Of a stretch of DNA of 64,000 nucleotides, positions 47,678-60,698 are shown one piece after another. Position 1 is the first letter of the stretch, and the number at the start of each line of letters is the position of its first letter. Both the position numbers and the translations under genes were made by a program. Below the pieces are notes generated by a model. It had not been told where the DNA came from and made no database searches. It saw only the letters and a list, made by a program, of their open reading frames with translations. Source of the DNA: Macrostomum lignano (taxonomy: Eukaryota); the NCBI GenBank assembly GCA_002269645.1, contig NIVC01003909.1, forward strand, positions 6,138 to 70,137, written 5' to 3'.

Positions 47678-48848
47678 GCCAAGTCACAGCATTTCAGCAA
47701 TTCCCTCCATAAACCACAGCATTTCAACAATTACCCAACGAACCTTGACAGTTCGTGAATTTCAGCTATTCTCTTATGAGCCTTTGAAATCGCAGCCATT
47801 CCCCCGTGAGCCTTAGCATCTCAGCAGTTCCCCCCTTAAGCATTTTTTCTCTCCTTGCACACTGCAGCCAGTATTGGGGCCTACACAGTGGCGCAAAGTT
47901 GTGGCGCAATCACTTTTGAAATTGGAATTCAGCCAGTCAAGAATTCAACCTGGTTTGGCCTCCCATTAAAAGCATTAGGAAAAGTCTTTTTTCGAATAGT
48001 TAATACATTTAGCATTGAAGCAGATTAAATAAATTTTTAACCATACAATACTTGGCTGATTTTTTTGGTGAAAACGCGATACCAATTGGTTGAGGCGTTC
48101 AGCCTGTGGAGCATTTTACACGGACAAACATGGGTTAGAGATTTAGTATATAGGTGCAGAATACTTCAGAAAAATTAACACACGTATGTAAAAGGCTCTA
48201 AGAAAGGCAAACATATCAAAAGATGAGCGATGAGTCTGCCTCCTATTAAAGAAATAACAATTTTTGTGCTGAAAAAATGAAAACCTCCATTCTCCGCAGT
48301 GTATTTTTTCGGTAAAACCTGCCTCCTGAAAATCTCCAAGAAACATAGTTTCCGGTCCTTCTACTTGAGCAGTCATTGGTTTTTAGATAGGCGAGCATGT
48401 AGACAGGTTTGATCTATGGTTTTGCTTCATAACTTTGAGCATACAGCCTGCACTACTATGAATCAGCTGGACACTGAGACTTGGCTTTTGGTTTTTGGTG
48501 TACACTAATTCAAGCAATGTTGAGTCTAAATTCAGTCTTGCAAAACGATCACTTGATGATCGAAGTTTTCAAGCAAGAGTTTGCTCACTGTCACAGCAGC
48601 TGTTGCAGCAGAGATGGCCAGTGGTCTTGGATAGCTGACCTGTGATAATCGTTCTGGATACGTACATGTATTTTCGAACAAAAATGAATTTGGAACGCGT
48701 AAAAATATTCTATTTGATTCACGCACTACTGTTGTAACATTGCAGTCTCATACTGGACTGGGCGATAGCGGAAGTATAAACAAACGCTTTGATTTTTTCC
48801 GCTTCGAGAAAGTTGCTCAAAACATCCAACTCGAGTTCTTTTTCAAGC

Positions 48849-50742
48849 ATGTCAGCAAAGAGCATCATAGCCGCAGCAATCGCTGAGAGCAGTGCTCACG
48901 GCATCAGCAGGGCTGCGGGCCCCCGGTCGCTCGCACTGAAGGTCATGTGGACAATCTTGTTTATGGTATTCCTGGCTCTGTGCTGCCGAAGTTCCTTTAG
49001 TATGTTTGAGAAGATCACTAAAATCTCAATTGATCAGACTTACGAAGCAGAGAAGGTACCGTTCGAGTTCCCGGACCTCTACCTGTGTCCGAGCCTGATC
49101 TACTCTGGCAGCATTCCCTACACTTTGAAGGAAAATGAGACCAAGATCGTAAATGAAGAGGTTGAGAGGCTGAACCGGCTCTACGACAGACTCTACTGCG
49201 CAAAGGAATCTACATTTTGTAAGGGATTTTACAGCACACTTCCCAGGGTGTCGCAGATACAGATGTCGATGCCTGTGCAGATTCTTCAGAAGTACTTACT
49301 GCAGAGTAATCAGCAGGCGTTTCTTATTCATCCTGCCGTGATGCACTCCTCGCTGTCTCAGAGCAAGTTCGAATCTGCTATAGCGAAATTTCTCCATCCG
49401 AACAACAAGATTTGCTTCAAGGTGAACGTGCCGGAGGAGGAATACGATAACCTGAACTACAGGCGGTCGGTTGTGCTTGCCTGGCCGTTCGTAGACCCTC
49501 ACAATTTCGATTTCAACTACGGAGGCGCGAGCATCAATCCGATTACCAATCCGTTCAACAACGAGAGCGTGCCGTTCGAGGACTGGCAGACAACAGACGG
49601 GTATTACGGCCTGTCCAGCCTGGGCTACAATCTGCAGGTGGTGCCCAGAGGCGCCTATCCTTCACCGCTGCACGAGACCAAAGTGAGCCTGGCGGCAGGC
49701 AGGCAGTACGAGATCTCACTCGAAATGGAAGACAAAGAGTTTGGCTCAGAACTTCACGGAACGTACTGCAACCCGAGCCAAGCCAAGCCGGAGTTCCAGG
49801 ACCAGCTGACCGGTGCACGGAAGGAGTACACGAACAGCCGAGGCGCCTGTTTCTTCATCCACATGAGCACCCTGTTGGAAAACCGGTTCAAGGTTCTCTT
49901 CTCCCAGTACCCAAAGCCCTGGAAATGGAAGGACGTGCCCAGGATTGAAAACATGACGGAGATCGCCATGAGCAACATATCAAAATTGAACGCGTCAACT
50001 GAAGAGGAGATGAAAGCTTTCATTGACAAGCACACTCAGCAGGTGATTGACCACTGCACGAAGCACCAGCCCTGCGAGTACAAGAAGTACATCGTGCAGG
50101 CCACTTCAATGAAATGGCCGAGATCGAGTAAGGGATTGGCCAGATTTTTACTGAAGTTTTTCGGTTCCCAAAGCGAGGCACTTGAAAAATGCTGCCCTGG
50201 GACAGTGCGCTTGATCGAACTGGCTGAGAATTTCTCATCAGGTGAGCTGCCCCGCATCTGCACTTTGTGCTCGAAGAGCATTGTGAGATTTAATGTTTTA
50301 GGGAGGGCTTAGTGCTTGCAAGTTCAGGTGTCGCTAGGTCATCTTGTGATTCAATCTCGCCAAATTTATTGACCAGAGCAAGCAGAGATAGCAGATATAA
50401 CACCACAGAAAATCTACGGCACTTGCAGGCAGTCATTCGGGCCACACTGAGGCGGTCTTCCGCCACTATGTCTCCCAGTCCATGATCCAAGTGGAGATCT
50501 CGGTGAAGAGTCCCATGTCGCCGAAGATCACCATGGCCTACTCATACTCGTGGTCGGCCTTCCTGGCTGACATTGGCGGACTCCTCGGCCTGTACATCGG
50601 CTGCAGCCTGCTGACCCTGTGCGAGCTGCTGGAGCTGGCCTACCACCTTGTAATGGGCGCGGTGGCGTCTCCAGCCAAGCCCTACAGCTCCGCAGACAAG
50701 GATGCTGATGGAGAAGAGGAAATCGCTATGACGGCGGGGTGA
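48849..50742 (+). CDS. DEG/ENaC sodium channel subunit A, intact; exons 48849-50241 and 50429-50742 (568 aa)
   Basis: N-terminal SSAHG motif, TM1 (MWTILFMVFLALCC), FPDLYLC, TM2 FLADIGGLLGLYIGCSLLTLCE with GxS filter. Phase-1 intron G|GTGAG...TTGCAG|GC restores the frame. Confidence 0.9.
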
Positions 50743-50816
50743 ATTCTGAGCGGACCGGCGACGAGCTGGCGGCTTGATGGGGGGCTGGACTTACTGAGCG
50801 GGGTTGCGGACTTGAC

Positions 50817-51410
50817 TGGGTGACAGTGGACACAGTGGAATGGGTGACAGTGGACTGGGTGACAGTGGACTGCGTGACAGTGGACTGGGTGACAGTGGAC
50901 TGGGTGACATTGGACTGGGTGACAGTGGACTGGGTGACATTGGACTGGGTGACAGTGGACTGGGTGACAGTGGACTGGGTGACAGTGGACTGGGTGACAT
51001 TGGACTGGGTGACAGTGGACTGGGTGACAGTGGACTGGGTGACAGTGGACTGGGTGACAGTGGACTGGGTGACATTGGACTGGGTGACAGTGGACTGGGT
51101 GACAGTGGACTGGGTGACAGTGGACTGGGTGACAGTGGACTGGGTGACAGTTGAACTGGGTGGCAGTGGACACAGTGGAATGGGTGACAGTGGACTGGGT
51201 GATAATTGACTGGGTGACAATGGACAGTGGACTTGGTGACAGTGGACTGGGTGACAGTGGACTCGGTGATAATGGACTGGGTGACAATGGACAGTGGACT
51301 TGGTGACAGTGGACTGGGTGACAGTGGACTGGGCGGGTGACAATGGACTGGGAGACAATGGACTGGGTGACAATGGACTGGGTGACAATGGACTGGGTGA
51401 CAGTGGACTG
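50817..51410. repeat. Minisatellite, 15-bp unit (GGGTGACAGTGGACT), ~40 copies
   Basis: Tandem periodicity starting ~75 bp after the channel A stop. Confidence 0.95.
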
Positions 51411-51419
51411 ACAGAACTC

Positions 51420-52523
51420 GATCACCGCCTCGCCTCGCCTTGCTTCAGAATCGCACCGACTCCGCTGCCGCTGGCATCCGTGAAGACTGAGAACTCCTTG
51501 GTGAAATCCGGGGTCACCAGGATCGGAGGACTAATTAGGCACCTTTTGAGCTTGTCGAAGGCTGCAGCCGTACGGCGATGGCAGCAAAGTTGGTTACGTG
51601 GCGTCGATATTGGTTACACAGGCCGATGAACTGATGCACCTCCTTGGCTGACCTCAGCTCTTTCCACTGCTGAATTGCCTCCAGCTTCTCTTGGCTGGGC
51701 TGGGCACCATCCTTTGTATATCGTGTGCCGAGAAAGGTCACTTCGGGTACCGTGATCTTGCACTTGGAGCCTAAGGCCGGAGATGTTGCCGGAGATGATC
51801 CGACTTGGTCTTTGAGAAGCGCAGGCTGTCATCGAAGAACGTGAAGACAAATCGCAGCCGTTTAAAACTTTGATGGAACAGCAGAGCCTCTTGAGCATCT
51901 TTGTTGTCCACGGAGAAGCTTTTGAGCATCTTCTTTAACTCGTATGGATACATGCGTGGAGTGTCAGTCGACAAAATTTTCCTTGCTTTGAACGCCTCCT
52001 TGACGGCGAAGTGCTCGCGGTTCGGATGGAATGCATTATCCAATGCCTGGACTACTTTGTGGTAGTCTGCCTGATCTCCTGCCGACAGCTCCAAATATAC
52101 GACGAGAGCCTCGCCGTCCAGAAATGTGGCCAGTCGCTCCGCTTTGCATGTGTCCCACTTGTTGACTTTTGCGCACACATTGAAACGCGCAGCCATTTCT
52201 TAAAGTTGCCGGTACTGAACACTCTGGGCAGCGCTGCACTGTCGGTCAAACCTTTCTCAGCCATTCTAGAATAACCACGCTCTGCTACCAGTTGTAGACT
52301 AAGGCAGAGAGATGCGACTGAGAGTTGACGAAGCCTTTTGGCATTTATCAGATCGATACGCAGGTTAAATACGATACAACGATTGTTACATAACTGGGTA
52401 TAAAAGATAGAGACAGAGGGTGAGTGGAAAGCACGTACATGCTGTACAATAGCAGCCCCCAAACCCCGCTCTAGCGACTAGGGCATACAAGTACACTTGC
52501 AACTCACTACACTACTCACTACA
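51420..52523 (-). mobile_element. Ty3/Gypsy remnant 3: 5' LTR, PBS, partial gag joined to RT end and RNase H start; 3' part missing
   Basis: LTR ~52293-52523 (TGTAG..CTACA); PBS TGGTAGCAGAGCGTGGTT at 52273-52290; gag 51771-52260; RT tail (VTFLG...FIGLCNQYRR); RNase H FTDASGSGVGAIL ending at the minisatellite. Confidence 0.8.
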
Positions 52524-54132
52524 ATAAGCAGCTCATATCGCCATATTCGCCATATTCGTTGCCTTCTATTGATAATCAAACGTGCATGTTGAAGGTGTTA
52601 TAGCTATTTTTAGTAGTGCTCATTATTGCCAATCTATACTTTTGCCTTCCTTTTTAGTAATTGACGCTTATTAAATAATGTCAAATAAAAACCGCATAGA
52701 TTACTCATAAAAAACTTAGATTACTCTTTTTCTAATAAAATCTTACTTAAAAGTTTTGCTGAAAATCGTCCGCCATCGAAAATATACCTTGAAGAGACAA
52801 CTCGCTCTCCAACTTCTTCGCCCGCTTATTCAGCCTTGCTGACTGGTGCCTGCAGCATTGAGGCCTTGATGAACGTTTTGTTCTAAAAATAGACTTGAGT
52901 CAGTGTTCGGTCTTCCTTTTCTATCCCAAGAACACGTTGTTCAATAAGGCGCCTATTTCCCGCGAACATTCCATTCGTTAGAAACGCGCTTCCTTCATTT
53001 CCCAGGACGTACAGCCCAACCTTGAGACTTCCTGCCAGCCCCTTTCTCCAGATGCACACTGGCTTATCAAGCTTTGCCTATCCCTGAACCCCCCTTTTTT
53101 GTTATTAAGCGCCCTGCCTCTTTACCCAATTCCCTATTAGACGTCCTACCCTCTATGCTACTCGTAGCATTCCCTATTAGCTATTAGAATTCCCCATTAG
53201 TGCGCCTCCGTTTCCCAGGCAACTTTGATCCACCGTGTAGCCCTTCTTCCTCCTTCCCCCGGACTGAAGTTAGCTGCATAAATTTAGACAGTGTCTTGCC
53301 GCTCGGACACTTACACTCGGACACTACCCGGAGTAACTCCCCTGTTCTAAGAAACTCCCAAGTCCCGAGCAATATTTATTCCCTAAAACCCAATTGACCC
53401 TGCAACAAAATTAATAGTATCAATTGAGACCATCCCCCAGAACCGAAAGGACCGTAACAAAGGCAAATCCCAAAATTATCAGGCAAATCCACTGCTCACG
53501 GTTGCAGCAGTCACAAAACGCTGACTAAGCAAAAAGCTGAGAGTCTGCTTCACGCTGAAATCTCTCGAATCGATCAGGTTCGCTAATGGTAAAGCAGCTC
53601 ATTTGCCATGCCATGTTGTTATTTTGTTTGTCCTCTCGAAGTTGCCATCTTTTTATGTTTGTGTTCTTAGTAGTTTAAGGCAATCTACTGTTAATAAAAC
53701 AATCATTAGAAGAAAATATAATAGAAACACCATCTGCCCTGGCTTACCTCAGCAAAGTGTGCCACTTTTTTGGTTGAATTATATTTTACCATGAAATCCG
53801 AAATCGACTGACCAAAAAAGGTCTTGGTCAGGAGAACGCTCTTAGTTTAGAATGGTAACACGACTCAGAATGCAGCTTAAATTCAGCTGCATTGTACTCA
53901 TATTTGTCACGAAAACGGTGGCACTAACTACTCGTAACTGGGGATGCAGCACACTCGGAATGCACTGCTCATTGCACCATTTTGTCTACCAAGGCTGCAG
54001 TTCGTGAGGCTCACTCTCAGGTTACTGCCAAGCTGTTATTTCAGCAGGAAGACGTTTCTAGATAAATGTTAGTAAAAATCCTATGTACTCAAGATACGAA
54101 AGTACATGTATAACGACGGTGCTGCAAAAGGA

Positions 54133-54470
54133 CCGTAGCCCAGTAGTCTAGCGCGGCGCTCTGATGTGCCAGCAGCCCAGGCTCGATTCGAAGTGCATTC
54201 AAATTAATTTGGGGCTGTGAAATTAATGCCCTTGAGGGCCAACCCCCCCCCAATGCACAGTGCAGTGTACATGCAGTCAGGGCCGCTGCACACTCCTGTG
54301 TGTGACTGTGCATACGGCTGCGTACGCATCCGCGCGCTTGTGTGCCTGCTCAGGGGAGTCGGCGGAATGGGCAGTAATGCCCCTCGCCGGTTGTAAGACA
54401 ACGTCGCTTAAAGTGCGCCAGAGTGAACACAGCCCCTGTCTTTAATAGAAGATAAAAGAATAGCAAGTAA
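54133..54470 (+). mobile_element. Possible second tRNA-derived SINE family
   Basis: A-box-like TAGCCCAGTAG and B-box-like GCTCGATTC at tRNA-like spacing, followed by a GC-rich body and an A-rich tail. Only one copy in the window. Confidence 0.4.
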
Positions 54471-55169
54471 GAACGCTACATAAATCTCACAAATCTGATG
54501 GCCTGTCAAAAATGATGAGAAAAAAGCTACCGCCCGCATCCACTCAGACCATCTGGCGCGAGCCCTAACACTGAGTAAGGCGCAGGTGGCTGTCAGACCA
54601 GCTCACAAGCAATGATTTATGACCCCAAAAGTAGCGAAAACCGCGCCTATGTTATAATGACTACAATTAAGTAGGCCAAAACCATATAGCTACAAAAATT
54701 CTACTAGTATGAATTCTAGGAAATTACATAAAAAGAAGAAAAATGCCCGTAGCCTGCTGTTAGTAGGCTAACAAGTTTGGAATCCATGTGCGAGTGTGAG
54801 ATTTGAAAAAAAGTGCGCCCTCACCACAATTCTATTATGCTTAAATAAACTGCAGACTACTTGAATCAGTCAGTAGTGTGAAGCGCAAATATCCACGAAA
54901 GGGATGATGCGCGTCAATTTTCAATACAAACTTTATCGTTGAAGTCCCAAACTTTAACCCAAAGGCAGCGAGTGGTCCAAGTTTTTATTATTAAAGCTAT
55001 AGTCCTTTATGGCTTTTAATCCCACTAATTATAGTTACACATGTGGCGCCTGTCTCCGCTGTCTGCGCTGGGCCACCACAGTTCTAATAATTGAGCAATT
55101 GCTGCCTGTTAAAACAATGCTTTGTGGGGCTCCCTACGATGCTTCAAATAGCGTCGCCGGCTGTGGCAG

Positions 55170-57950
55170 TCTGACTAGACGGAGATGAGGAGGGCAGCTT
55201 CCAAGCCTCATCCAACAGTTGCAGTTCACCACCACCCTCCCTCCGGACCCATAAAACTGTCACAATGGCTCATAATCCATGTGCCTTTAGCTGCACGGGC
55301 TTGACGGGTTTGAATGTCTTCCAATGATTAATTAAAGCAATTTTTCGTTTCAATTTTTATACCCAGTTCTTTTGTCCGCACAGAAGTTATCCAATTAGTA
55401 GGATACATTTTTCTGCCTCCCAGCTGCCTCCCAGCGAGGTCGCAATGGACGTGAGCACCAATGCGCTTATGAACCGGTCGAACAGGCTGTAGGTGCCCAG
55501 CAGGAAGGTGAGCCAGATGACGCGACCCAAGGTGCCGGACTGGGAAGAGAACCGGTCGAGTCCGTGAGCGGAGGTGTAGCCGCAGAAATCGGACACACAC
55601 TTGGTTACCTTCTGGGGCGGTGAACTTTTCTTGTTGTTCGCCTTGTTGCTTCTCATCAGCCTGAAGGCCTTCCTCGGTCTGCCGCTCGGAGTCCATCAGT
55701 TAGGAGCGAGACTGAGCTAGGATGCAGACAGTTTTTTCTAATTAGAATTAGAAATAGCGTAACTTAAAATGTATGGCGTTGAGTAAAGGCCGCCAATGCG
55801 TTCAGAATTTATAAGAGTTATAGTTAAATGGAAAGAAGGTATTTATTGGAATTTATTTGGCTTGGAATTTATAATGCAGATAGAAGTATGCCTGGGCGTC
55901 ATTTATTTGTTATTTTTCTTCAGAATGCGCAGTTTTTAATTCTTAAGAAACGACAGACAAAACTGCTAATAGAGTGAGGTTTTGAGTATTCTAGGCTACG
56001 GTGTTGCTCTCAGAGCGGGTTGAACTGAAAATTTGTTTGCTTCTATAGTTATCCGGGCCATTTGCTAGATAAATTTCTGCCTGAACCTTTTAAGCGTTTA
56101 ACCTGAAGCGTTTAACTGGGCCTCTCTAGCGGCCTGGAGCCACCATTCCTGCCGTCTCATGATCGACCACCTTAGCAAAGTACTCGTATAAATCGATCTC
56201 TAATTGGTACTTTTAGTAGCTTAGGTGCTCTTTTTAGGACTAATTTGTTTGAAGAAAATATCATCACAGACAACTGAAGTAAAGGGTTTACACCGTAAAA
56301 AGTTCTTTTAAAAGAACTGCTTGCAACTCTCTTTCGATCGTTGTATCACGTGACTGAATTCAGTTCTGACTTATATGGTCAAAGGGGGTCATGCTGCAAT
56401 GGTGCAATAAAGTTTTCCACGCAAAATGGTTTTCTTGTTCTCATCTGCGATTCCATGAAGAATAATCCTGGTGAAAGCTTCACGTGATTGTTAATAACTC
56501 CGGCATCTGACGGCCAGAAAACGTCTAAAGAAAAGGCGCTACACCGGTCAGGTTGCTCCCAGGGACTACTAATCTGTTTTAGTAGTCCCTGGTTGGGCGT
56601 AGGAGACTAGCCAGCATTTGTTTTGGGGGGGCGTTTTATGGGTCGTGTTCCCTGTTTGCCGCTGTTTACCGAACCGAGAACATCCTACGGCTCATGCAGT
56701 TCCTCCGAGGGAATATTATAATGAAAGCATGCACATTGTAGAATGAAAGGCTTAGAAGAGAGAAGTGAGATAAGGTTAAATACAGTAAACAATTTTCCCC
56801 ATGTTGCTATGGCTGCAACAGCCGCAGAGCCTTGCTATGAGCGGCTGTTGTCGAGCTGGGCTAGGCTGCGCTGTACTCTCCCATGGGTCCGGACTTACAA
56901 CCCATCTCTGCGGTTAAACTGCATCACTGCAAAAGTAACAACCTGTTGTGTCTCGTGCGTGGGAGTTGGAGTTGTTTTCATTCATTCGGTTTCGTTTGTC
57001 ATTTTAACTCCATGCGTGCGTGTAACTTTAATGTACACCGTGGCTGTTTTAGCCATGGGGTGGCCGATATTGTTGCTCGATAACAATACATTGTATCGTT
57101 CGGCAAGTGCGCTGGCACTGTCGTCTTCGCCTCGCAATCTATCTCATCTTATTAACACAACCCTAGCTTAAACATTTCCAGCCACTCATAGAATGCTATT
57201 GTTAGTAGCAATGCAAGAAAATAACTTTAGTAGAAGCTTGCTAAGTCTAAAAATTGTGCTACTCAAATTCTACTTATGACAGGCACATGCGATTAAATAG
57301 AGGAAAACCTCAACTTTATTCAAGAGTTCCATACTTTATATTGGTGGTTTCCAGTGCTTACTTGCTATTGGAGGGCAGTAAGCTACGGCTCGTTGTAAGG
57401 CCATTCCTGCGAGAGTAAAGGCGAGCAGCGGCGATCAACGATGCAGTTGCGTGCATGTAAATGAATTTGGGTTAAACAGTGTCAACTTTAAAGGAAGGTA
57501 GTAGCTATTTCAAGCTGAGTATTAACAAGGTTTGTTGGGTAGCTTTAGCTTAAAATTCCCTCTCCCCACGGTTATAGTGACTCCGCCAGTGGCTGAGCTG
57601 CCCCCCTCTGAGCAACTGTTGCATTATAAAAAATTGAATAACATTGAGTCCTCTTGAATGCTTGAATAATATTGACTGCTGTGGCAGTCAATATCCAGGC
57701 CCGATTCCACAGTTGCAGTTATCCCCCCAACCTCTACAGACCCCTCTCCCTGCCAGAATGGTTCATAATCCACAGTTGGCTTGATGGATTTGAATATTCT
57801 TCAATTAGGGATTCAAGCAACTTTTAGCTTTTTACGAGCTAATATCCAGCTCCAATTTTTCATGCAGAAGTTATCAAATTAGATAGCAAGCCAAACATAA
57901 CGAGAGAAGCTAGATCGATCAACTGTCAGTTCCTTCTTTTTGGGATTTCT
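55170..57950. repeat. Diverged interspersed repeat pair (~55170-55430 and ~57675-57950), same orientation
   Basis: Shared blocks GGCAGTC, CAGTTGCAGTT, GGxTCATAATCCA, GGxTTGAAT, CAGAAGTTATCxAATTAG, TTTCTGCCTC. Confidence 0.55.
55440..55696 (-). pseudogene. DEG/ENaC 5' fragment (locus B)
   Basis: DFCGYTSAHGLDRF...GRVIWLTFLL (pre-TM1 HG motif and start of TM1). TM1 looks shortened, the upstream Met is in another frame, and no downstream exons were found. Confidence 0.65.
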
Positions 57951-60084
57951 GCCTCACAGCTGGTCTGGATGGAGGCTACCAGCTCCTCATTTAAGCGGCT
58001 TTTAGCGGCTGAAAAGCAGTTGAAACGCTTGAAAAGCGGCTGGAAAAAATTAAACACTAAATTAATTAACGCAATAAGATTAAAACAAACTTATTATATT
58101 GTATTATAACCTTGTATTGTAACATTTTTTGTTGTTTTTTTAGAATACAAGCGGAAAATATTTTATGAAAATTAAAATCCAAGAATTGAGAAAAAAGGCT
58201 CAATATATGTTGCGTTAATTTTCATAAAGCATGACAGATGTAAACCTGCCGGTTCGAGCGTAGATTATAAATTTAGGAGTTCTTAGGAGTACAACTGAGA
58301 GCGCAGCAGCGACAGAACAGTTTGATATTAAAGAGCCATATTTTAGGCATATATAGTACATCAAAGTTGAAATATTGATCAGGCGCATATCGCATCGATT
58401 CAAAAGAAAGTGACTGTGTGACGAATAAAGCGGAAGACTTTGTGTAGCGGATAATTGGGATTAATCTACGATCCAGCAGATCAGCAGCCGATTTTATCCT
58501 TAGCGTGAATTTGCAGATTTAGTATATTTGGATCGGTACTTAATTTGATGCGCCTAGCAAGGGCCGGTCAGGATTCAGTTGATTGGTGGGTGGGCTGAGG
58601 CAGGCGGTAGAGGGTTAAGGTAAAGAGGCCAGACAGCTAAGGGACCCGCAAGCTTAGAGCGAGAAGCGAAGCGACGAAGCAAAAGGAGAGAGCGGCCGCT
58701 GACTGCAAGTGTATTTTTATAATTGGTGAGTAAACAAGATAACAACAAGCTTAATCCAAAAACCAGACAAACCCCACTCAGGCGAAATGTACATGTACAA
58801 ATTAATCGATAAATATATCATACAAGAATAACATACGTCAGTACATGTACATAGGTAGGACTACTTTACGATAAATAATAACGATATGAATGAAATACAA
58901 ATAATAGAATAAATACATAAGAGGCTACAAAAAACAAAGCAATTAACAGTAAAAATAGCGCGATAATAATACGTACGAATATTGTTAAAATAAATGAAAG
59001 AATACGGTATGCATATGAAAATAAAGAAATACGATACACGCGATTCTACGAATCACACTGTCACAACTGAGTCTAATAAAAAATAGACATTATATTTATA
59101 TCCACTTCGCGCCCAAGCTTGGTTCTGTAAGATCGCTTAAAAGCCCAAAGGCCTGCAGAGCAGTCCATAGACAAATTTGTCTTTTTTGCTGAATCGAGTG
59201 CACACCCTAGAAGCCCAGAAGTAAAGTATACCACAGAGTTTTTCTGCTAGCTCCTGTTCAAACCTTCCTACTCACAAATGGCTTCTACGCGCCCGAAAAG
59301 GACAGCTAAAAGTGATGCCTTGCGCAGACTGGGACTCGATTCCGATTCGGATGACGCTTTATCCAAATGGTTATTTATAAGCTTCATGAATTCAATTTTC
59401 ATACACAATTTTAAATTTGCTTGTGTCGAGCATTGATAGTAAAAACCGTAACTTCCGTCAACAGCAGAGTTTTAGCGTCACAATGAAAAAAACTTCAGGC
59501 GATGCGAATTTCAGGTCTTGTGAAAGCGTTTCAATCAAATCATTGCTTGTCACCTCTATCTCGGTATCGGGATGAATCCTAATTCAAGTTATACTCAGAA
59601 ATATTGAAAAGCCGCCAGCCTTTGCCCCAGTGAGCCCTGCCTGAAAACAATGTAAAAACAAAACAATGAAAACCGGGCGGAAGCTTCAATCCATCCAAGC
59701 TTCGCCCTCCGCTCTTCCCAATCCCTCTCCACCCAAGCAAGCCCAACTCTGCATCGCGTGGCGCAAGTTGCGTCACTCAAAAGTCAATACTGAGCTGGAA
59801 TTTACTGCGCACTCTCAAAGGTGGCGACTTTTTAATGTTGTTGAGTATATATGACAGACAGTGTCGCAACTTTCTCAGCCATTTCTTCAGTTCATCTGCA
59901 CTTGTCTCCGATTACTCTGTTTTCTCTCTTTCTCTGGCCAGTTCAGTCTTGATATTTTTATCTCTCTCCCTCGCTGCTCTCTGATTGGCTCTTTAATTTC
60001 GCCTCCTTCCTCAGTCGCGCACTTCACCCGGCCCACCTTTTCTTTCTCAATCAACCCCCTCCCCCCACCCCCCTAGTTAATGTA

Positions 60085-60640
60085 CAGGGTGGCGTGTAAG
60101 TAACTGAAACAACTTTCAACTTAAATAACTATCGCATACATGAGGAACGTTAACGAATCTCAACAGCCTTAAAGAAAACATAGTAAGAATTTGAATGGGC
60201 CGAAAGGAGCAAAGAGAGGACGCAGGGGTGGCGGCGGAAAAGCGGGCGAAACGAGCCCAGCGAGAGCGAGCGTATTTTATGCGAAATCAAAGGGGTAAAA
60301 ACAGAGGGGTAAAAGCAAAGGGTAAAATCAGAGGGGTAAAAGCAGAGGGGTAAAAGCAAAGGGGTAAAAGCAAGCACACAAGAAAACAAAAAAATTTCAG
60401 CCAAGCACGCCAAGGCAGAACACGCGAATAAAAGGGCCAGCGCGACCCCAACCCACCACTTCATACCACACACACGTACATCGCAACCCCACCCACCCAG
60501 CGGGCAGAGGTAACAGGCCCCGGTCAGCTAAAACCGGCACAACATTATATGTTCTTTAGGGCTGTTAAGTTTCGTTAACGTTCCTCATGTATGCGATAGT
60601 TATTTATGTTTAGTTGTTCAAGTACTTATGCGCCACACAG
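60085..60640. mobile_element. MITE-like element with ~95-bp imperfect TIRs (Tc1/mariner-like TA|CAGGGTG start)
   Basis: 60085-60180 matches the reverse complement of ~60549-60636 (core TAAATAACTATCGCATACATGAGGAACGTTAACGAA identical). Non-coding interior with GGGGTAAAA repeats. A related end occurs at 15248-15270. Confidence 0.7.
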
Positions 60641-60698
60641 GGGACAGTATAAATATAGGTTTTTTTTCAAAGGCCCAAAAAACAGATCTCAGAAAACT

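Noticed and set aside
59277-59380. PiggyBac-like acidic N-terminus (MASTRPKR...DSDSDD)
   Set aside because: Too short and low-complexity; no downstream catalytic motifs or TTAA ends identified.
60150-60473. Hydrophobic signal-peptide-like ORF (MCGMKWWVGVALALL...)
   Set aside because: Lies inside the MITE, the rest is repeat-derived FYPS text, and no promoter or poly(A) context was seen.
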